Assembly: GCA_945872355.1 (NCBI GenBank)
Contig: CAMBZU010000004.1
Location: forward strand, 3,609 to 67,608
Reading direction: 5' to 3'
DNA from: Chitinophaga pinensis
GTDB lineage: Bacteria; Bacteroidota; Bacteroidia; UBA4408
Length of the DNA: 64,000 nucleotides
Below, in pieces: positions 60,324 through 64,000 of this stretch; the first letter of the stretch is position 1, and each line of letters starts with the position of its first letter. The translations under genes and the position numbers were made by a program. The notes below the pieces were generated by a model. It saw only the letters and a program-made list of their open reading frames with translations. It was not told the DNA's origin and did not search any database.

Positions 60324-61034
60324 ATGACAAAAGATTTCAAACCCAAAGTGTTATTAGTTGAAGATGATCCTAATTTAGGAAATCTATTGCTCGAATATCT
60401 GCAGGCTAAAGAGTATAATACAACACTTGCCACCAATGGTAAAGAAGGCCTTACGCAATTCAAAAACAATGTATATGATGTATGCATATTTGATGTAATG
60501 ATGCCAATTATGGATGGTTTTACCTTAGCGCGTGAAGTTAGAAAATTAGATGCCGAAACACCTATAGTTTTCCTCACTGCAAAATCAATGAAAGAAGATA
60601 CCATTGAAGGCTTTAATGCGGGTGGCGATGATTATTTAACCAAGCCATTTAGCATGGAAGAATTACTTCTTCGCCTAAAAGCTATTTTAAGAAGAACTAA
60701 AAACCAAACACTAACCAATAGCGATCAAAATAATTTTGAAGTAGGCGATTACAAGTTCGATTTTAACTTGCAAAAATTAGAAGTTGGAGGCAAGGCGCAA
60801 AAGTTAACCACGCGTGAAGCAGAACTCTTAAAATTACTTTGCATTAATGTAAATGATGTATTAGATAGAACCTTTGCTTTAAAATCTATTTGGCACGATG
60901 ATAACTACTTTAACGGTCGTAGTATGGATGTTTACATAGCCAAACTGCGCAAGTATTTAAGAGAAGATCCAAATTTAGAAATTGTAAATGTACATGGTAA
61001 AGGATTTAAACTTTTAGTTAAAAATACGCTTTAA
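60324..61034 (+). CDS. rprY: OmpR family response regulator RprY
   Basis: LLVEDDPNLG.LL.EYLQAK, FDVMMP.MDGFTLA, FLTAK, YFNGRSMDVYIAKLRK and NVHGKGF resemble Bacteroides RprY as I recall it. Confidence 0.8.
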   Translation: MTKDFKPKVLLVEDDPNLGNLLLEYLQAKEYNTTLATNGKEGLTQFKNNVYDVCIFDVMMPIMDGFTLAREVRKLDAETPIVFLTAKSMKEDTIEGFNAGGDDYLTKPFSMEELLLRLKAILRRTKNQTLTNSDQNNFEVGDYKFDFNLQKLEVGGKAQKLTTREAELLKLLCINVNDVLDRTFALKSIWHDDNYFNGRSMDVYIAKLRKYLREDPNLEIVNVHGKGFKLLVKNTL

Positions 61035-61053
61035 AATAAGTTTTCCTAAAATG

Positions 61054-61089
61054 AAAGCCTGAATATATTTAATTATTCAGGCTTTTTTT
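61054..61089 (+). terminator. Intrinsic terminator of the two-component operon
   Basis: AAAGCCTGAATA...TATTCAGGCTTTTTTT. Confidence 0.85.
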
Positions 61090-61371
61090 GTTGTTAATTA
61101 TATTGTAATTTCTTAGTACTAGAAACATACTTGTAAGGATTTAAGAGCTTACCATTTATCCAACTCAACTTTATTGCAAACCCGCTCCTGCAGCGCACCC
61201 ATAAGTTTAAACGTGATTGCCAGGGCAGCGCCCGAAGCACCGCGAAGCTGCATCAACACAAAAAGTAAACACGCGTTGATAATCTGCTTATAGGATAGGT
61301 GCTAGCTTTAAGCAAATTGCTTCGCCTTTGGTTTGCAATTAAGTCTTTTCTCAAGCAGTATTCTGTTGCTA

Positions 61372-61534
61372 ATACCAAATGCAAATATGTTTTAGGCCAA
61401 CGATTTAATTAATAAAATTTTTGAGATTGAGGCGGATATTGCAGGCATAGCAAGCAGCTAATCTCAAAATAGACAACGTAACTATCAAGAATTTTATCTT
61501 AAAGATTGGACAACAATGTATTTGCTTTTAGTAT
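61372..61534. mobile_element. MITE-like element, long copy D (163 bp)
   Basis: TIR ATACCAAATGCAAATA / TATTTGCTTTTAGTAT (14 of 16 complementary); first 30 nt match the reverse complement of copy C at 26 positions. Confidence 0.65.
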
Positions 61535-61555
61535 AATATACATCCGCCATCCTTT

Positions 61556-61683
61556 TATACCAATGTGATTTATAAATTATGCCAATAATTTAAAATCTTA
61601 TATTGGTAAATGCCGATCGGAAAAAAGTTTGGGACAAATGAAGTGAAACAAATTTGGTCCATTACTTATTTCACATCGGTATA
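61556..61683. mobile_element. MITE-like element, copy B (128 bp, TA-flanked)
   Basis: TATACCAATGTGA...TCACATCGGTATA; inverted near-identical copy of 10794-10920. Confidence 0.85.
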
Positions 61684-61692
61684 ACACAAAAC

Positions 61693-61729
61693 AAAAAGAG
61701 GGGCTTCTGAAATTCAGAAGCCCCTCTTT
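61693..61729 (-). terminator. Intrinsic terminator of the T9SS gene
   Basis: AAAGAGGGGCTTCTGAA-A-TTCAGAAGCCCCTCTTT near-perfect palindrome with a T tract on the minus strand. Confidence 0.88.
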
Positions 61730-61747
61730 AAAATAAACTAATTAAGC

Positions 61748-64000
61748 TTAGTGCAATACAACTTTTCTGTTGATTGTACCTTCATCAGTAATTAATTGCA
61801 CAAAATATACTCCCTTAGCAAAAGTGCTTAAATCAATAGCATTCTTGTATTGGCCAGCATATTGTCCTACTGCATCTGTATAAATTAATTGCCCATTTGT
61901 ATTCATAACTCTAACAGTCAAACTGTGAGTTTTTGAACCATTAAAGGCTACATTAATTAAGTCAGAAGTTGGATTAGGATACAACTCGAAAGATGTTCCA
62001 TCTGACAAAGTTTCAACGCCAGTTCCAACAATGGTAACGTCTTGATTAATGGTTATTGAACCACAATCATTACCAACAGTTAATACAACAGTGAATGTAC
62101 CATCGCCCAAATAAGTATGGGTTGGGTTTGTTGTATTAGACCATGGTGTTCCATCTCCAAAATTCCACTGACTTGTTACAAAATCATTAGAAGTGTTAGT
62201 AAACGTTGTCAAGCCACCAAGCACAGCATTATAAGTAAATGAAGCAGTTGGAAGAGGATTAACAACAACAGGTACAGTTGTTGAAACAGCTGTACAACCA
62301 CCAGCAGAAGTATAGGTTACACTATATAATCCTGTAGCATTTGCAAAAATGGCATTTGTTGTTTCCCCTGTGCTCCATGTATTTCCTGTTGGCTCTGAAC
62401 TCAATAATTGAACAGTTTCTCCTTCACAGAAAATTGTTGGACCACCAACAATAATATATGGCGTTGTTCCTGCACCAACAGTTGTTACGGTTGGTAAAGA
62501 AGTAGCTGAACAACCTGTTATAGCATCAAGCACAGTAACTGTAATAGTTTCTGCAGTGCCTATAGTAATAATTTGATTTGTAGAACCATTGCTCCAAGTA
62601 TTGTTAGATGCACTACTTGATGTTAAATCAACTGTAGCGCCGTTACATAATGCCAACAGTCCATTTGCCGAAATCGTTGGCACAGGAACCGAGTTAACTG
62701 TAATTGCAACAACATTTGAAACACCTGTGCAGCCGTTAACATCAGTAACTGTAGTAGCGTAGTTACCTCCTGTATTTACTGCAATTGTTTGAGTAGTTAA
62801 AGTATTAGTCCATAAATTACCAGTAGCTGCAGATGAAGTTAAATCAACTGTACCACCTAAACAGAATGTAGTTGCACCGTTTGCAGTTATTGTTACTATA
62901 GGATTAGCATTAACAGTAACTACTTCAGCAGTTGAAACTGCTGTACATCCATTAACATCGGTAGTTGTTACAACATAAGAACCAGAAGTTGTTACTACAA
63001 GATCTTGAGCTGTATTAGCATTGCCCCAATTGTAAGCATTTGCTTGTGAAGACGTTAATGTTACGGTACCACCATCGCAGAAAGTAGTCGCACCATTCGC
63101 AGTAATTGTTGGAGTAACTGGAGCAGGGAAAATCCCAACTGTTAAAGTACTTGTAACAGCCGAACAACCGTTAGCATTGGTAACAGTACAGAAATAGTCA
63201 CCAGCTGCTGATGCAGAAATGGTTGCTGTTGCTGTAATACCATCGTTCCATAAATAAGAAACACCACCACTTGCTGTTAAATCTACTGAAGCGTTACCAC
63301 AAACCGTGGTTGGACCATTTGCACTAATTTGTGCAGAAGGAGTAGTATTAATAGTAACTGTTTCAATAGCTGATTGCGCTGTACAACCTAAACCATCAGT
63401 AACTACTACTGAATAGTTATAAGTGCCTGCAGCTGTAACTTGAATAGTATCGTTAAACTCAAAAGTTGGAGTCCAAGTAATACCACCAGTCCAAGCAATT
63501 GATAATGTTACAGTATCACCTTCACAAACTGTTGATCCGCTTGAAGTAATAACAGGTGTTTGAGGTGCAGAAGCAATAACGTTAATAACATTACTTGTTG
63601 CACTACATCCGTTTCCATCTGTAATTGTAGATGAATAATCTCCACTTGCTCCTACAGTAATAGTTTGACTGGTTTGATTGGTATTCCAAAGATTTCCTGT
63701 AGCAACACTACTTGTTAAATCTACTGTACTTCCAGAGCAAACTGTTGTTGATCCGTTAGCTGTAATTATTGGAGTTGCAGGTAAGGTAGTTGTAACAGTT
63801 AAGGTAAAATTACCAACTGCACCTAAGTATCCTTGCACCAAAATATAATACATGGTACCTGGGGTTCCTGTCCATGAGTATTCAGATTGTACTCCGCAGA
63901 AGTCATCATTGCCACCTACACAAACTAGGTTTGAACAATCTCCAGAGAATACATTAATCTTACTATCATAGCCAGTACCAGTACATAAACTTGCAGTAAT
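61748..64000 (-). CDS. Large T9SS-secreted protein with tandem Ig-like/SprB-type repeats and PKD domain (5' end beyond the window)
   Basis: Frame is open to 64000 (ITASLCTGTGYDSKINVFSGDCSNLVCVGGNDDFCG...). Repeated P.ITANG.TT.C.G..V.LTSS....NLW units, WNFGDG PKD motif and LYPNPT CTD. Confidence 0.9.
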   Translation of the reverse strand: MTASLCTGTGYDSKINVFSGDCSNLVCVGGNDDFCGVQSEYSWTGTPGTMYYILVQGYLGAVGNFTLTVTTTLPATPIITANGSTTVCSGSTVDLTSSVATGNLWNTNQTSQTITVGASGDYSSTITDGNGCSATSNVINVIASAPQTPVITSSGSTVCEGDTVTLSIAWTGGITWTPTFEFNDTIQVTAAGTYNYSVVVTDGLGCTAQSAIETVTINTTPSAQISANGPTTVCGNASVDLTASGGVSYLWNDGITATATISASAAGDYFCTVTNANGCSAVTSTLTVGIFPAPVTPTITANGATTFCDGGTVTLTSSQANAYNWGNANTAQDLVVTTSGSYVVTTTDVNGCTAVSTAEVVTVNANPIVTITANGATTFCLGGTVDLTSSAATGNLWTNTLTTQTIAVNTGGNYATTVTDVNGCTGVSNVVAITVNSVPVPTISANGLLALCNGATVDLTSSSASNNTWSNGSTNQIITIGTAETITVTVLDAITGCSATSLPTVTTVGAGTTPYIIVGGPTIFCEGETVQLLSSEPTGNTWSTGETTNAIFANATGLYSVTYTSAGGCTAVSTTVPVVVNPLPTASFTYNAVLGGLTTFTNTSNDFVTSQWNFGDGTPWSNTTNPTHTYLGDGTFTVVLTVGNDCGSITINQDVTIVGTGVETLSDGTSFELYPNPTSDLINVAFNGSKTHSLTVRVMNTNGQLIYTDAVGQYAGQYKNAIDLSTFAKGVYFVQLITDEGTINRKVVLH

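Noticed and set aside
1911-60604. Remaining short antisense or nested ORFs in the supplied track
   Set aside because: They lie within or across well-supported genes on the other strand or frame and show no independent motifs.
61141-61311. Assignment as 6S RNA or a known riboswitch
   Set aside because: The size is compatible with 6S, but I could not identify the central bubble or any riboswitch consensus; kept only as an unassigned candidate.

Overview
AT-rich chromosomal segment from a Bacteroidota organism. The assignment rests on TAnnTTTG -7 promoter boxes, five T9SS C-terminal-domain proteins, an RprX/RprY pair and a eukaryote/archaeal-type ProRS. Most of the window is housekeeping and envelope genes: nadB (partial), rimK, rpsT, tRNA-Glu, proS, slyD, pssA, purS, kdsA, mdh, murA, thiL and others. 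I recognised no transposase, integrase, phage genes or CRISPR array. The most unusual signal is intergenic: a family of roughly 125-165 bp elements ending ATAC...GTAT. It comprises two near-identical inverted copies (10794-10920 and 61556-61683), one strongly diverged copy of the same length (55901-56027) and one longer copy (61372-61534). All four keep a bipartite end motif, ATAC-N21-CCAA, at both termini. Three also keep a terminal hairpin whose stem sequence differs between subtypes while its pairing and GCCA loop are retained. Such elements are stacked between two convergent terminators at 61.1-61.7 kb. Other points of interest are a signal-peptide-like ORF ending in IQPPD (candidate arrest/leader peptide) followed by nested hairpins, an operon of a low-complexity lipoprotein, a FadL-like barrel and a probable beta-flower protein, an EamA gene that apparently needs a CTG/ATT start, and a MurA with Asp at the catalytic Cys position. 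All alignments and pairings were done by eye; no database searches were run.
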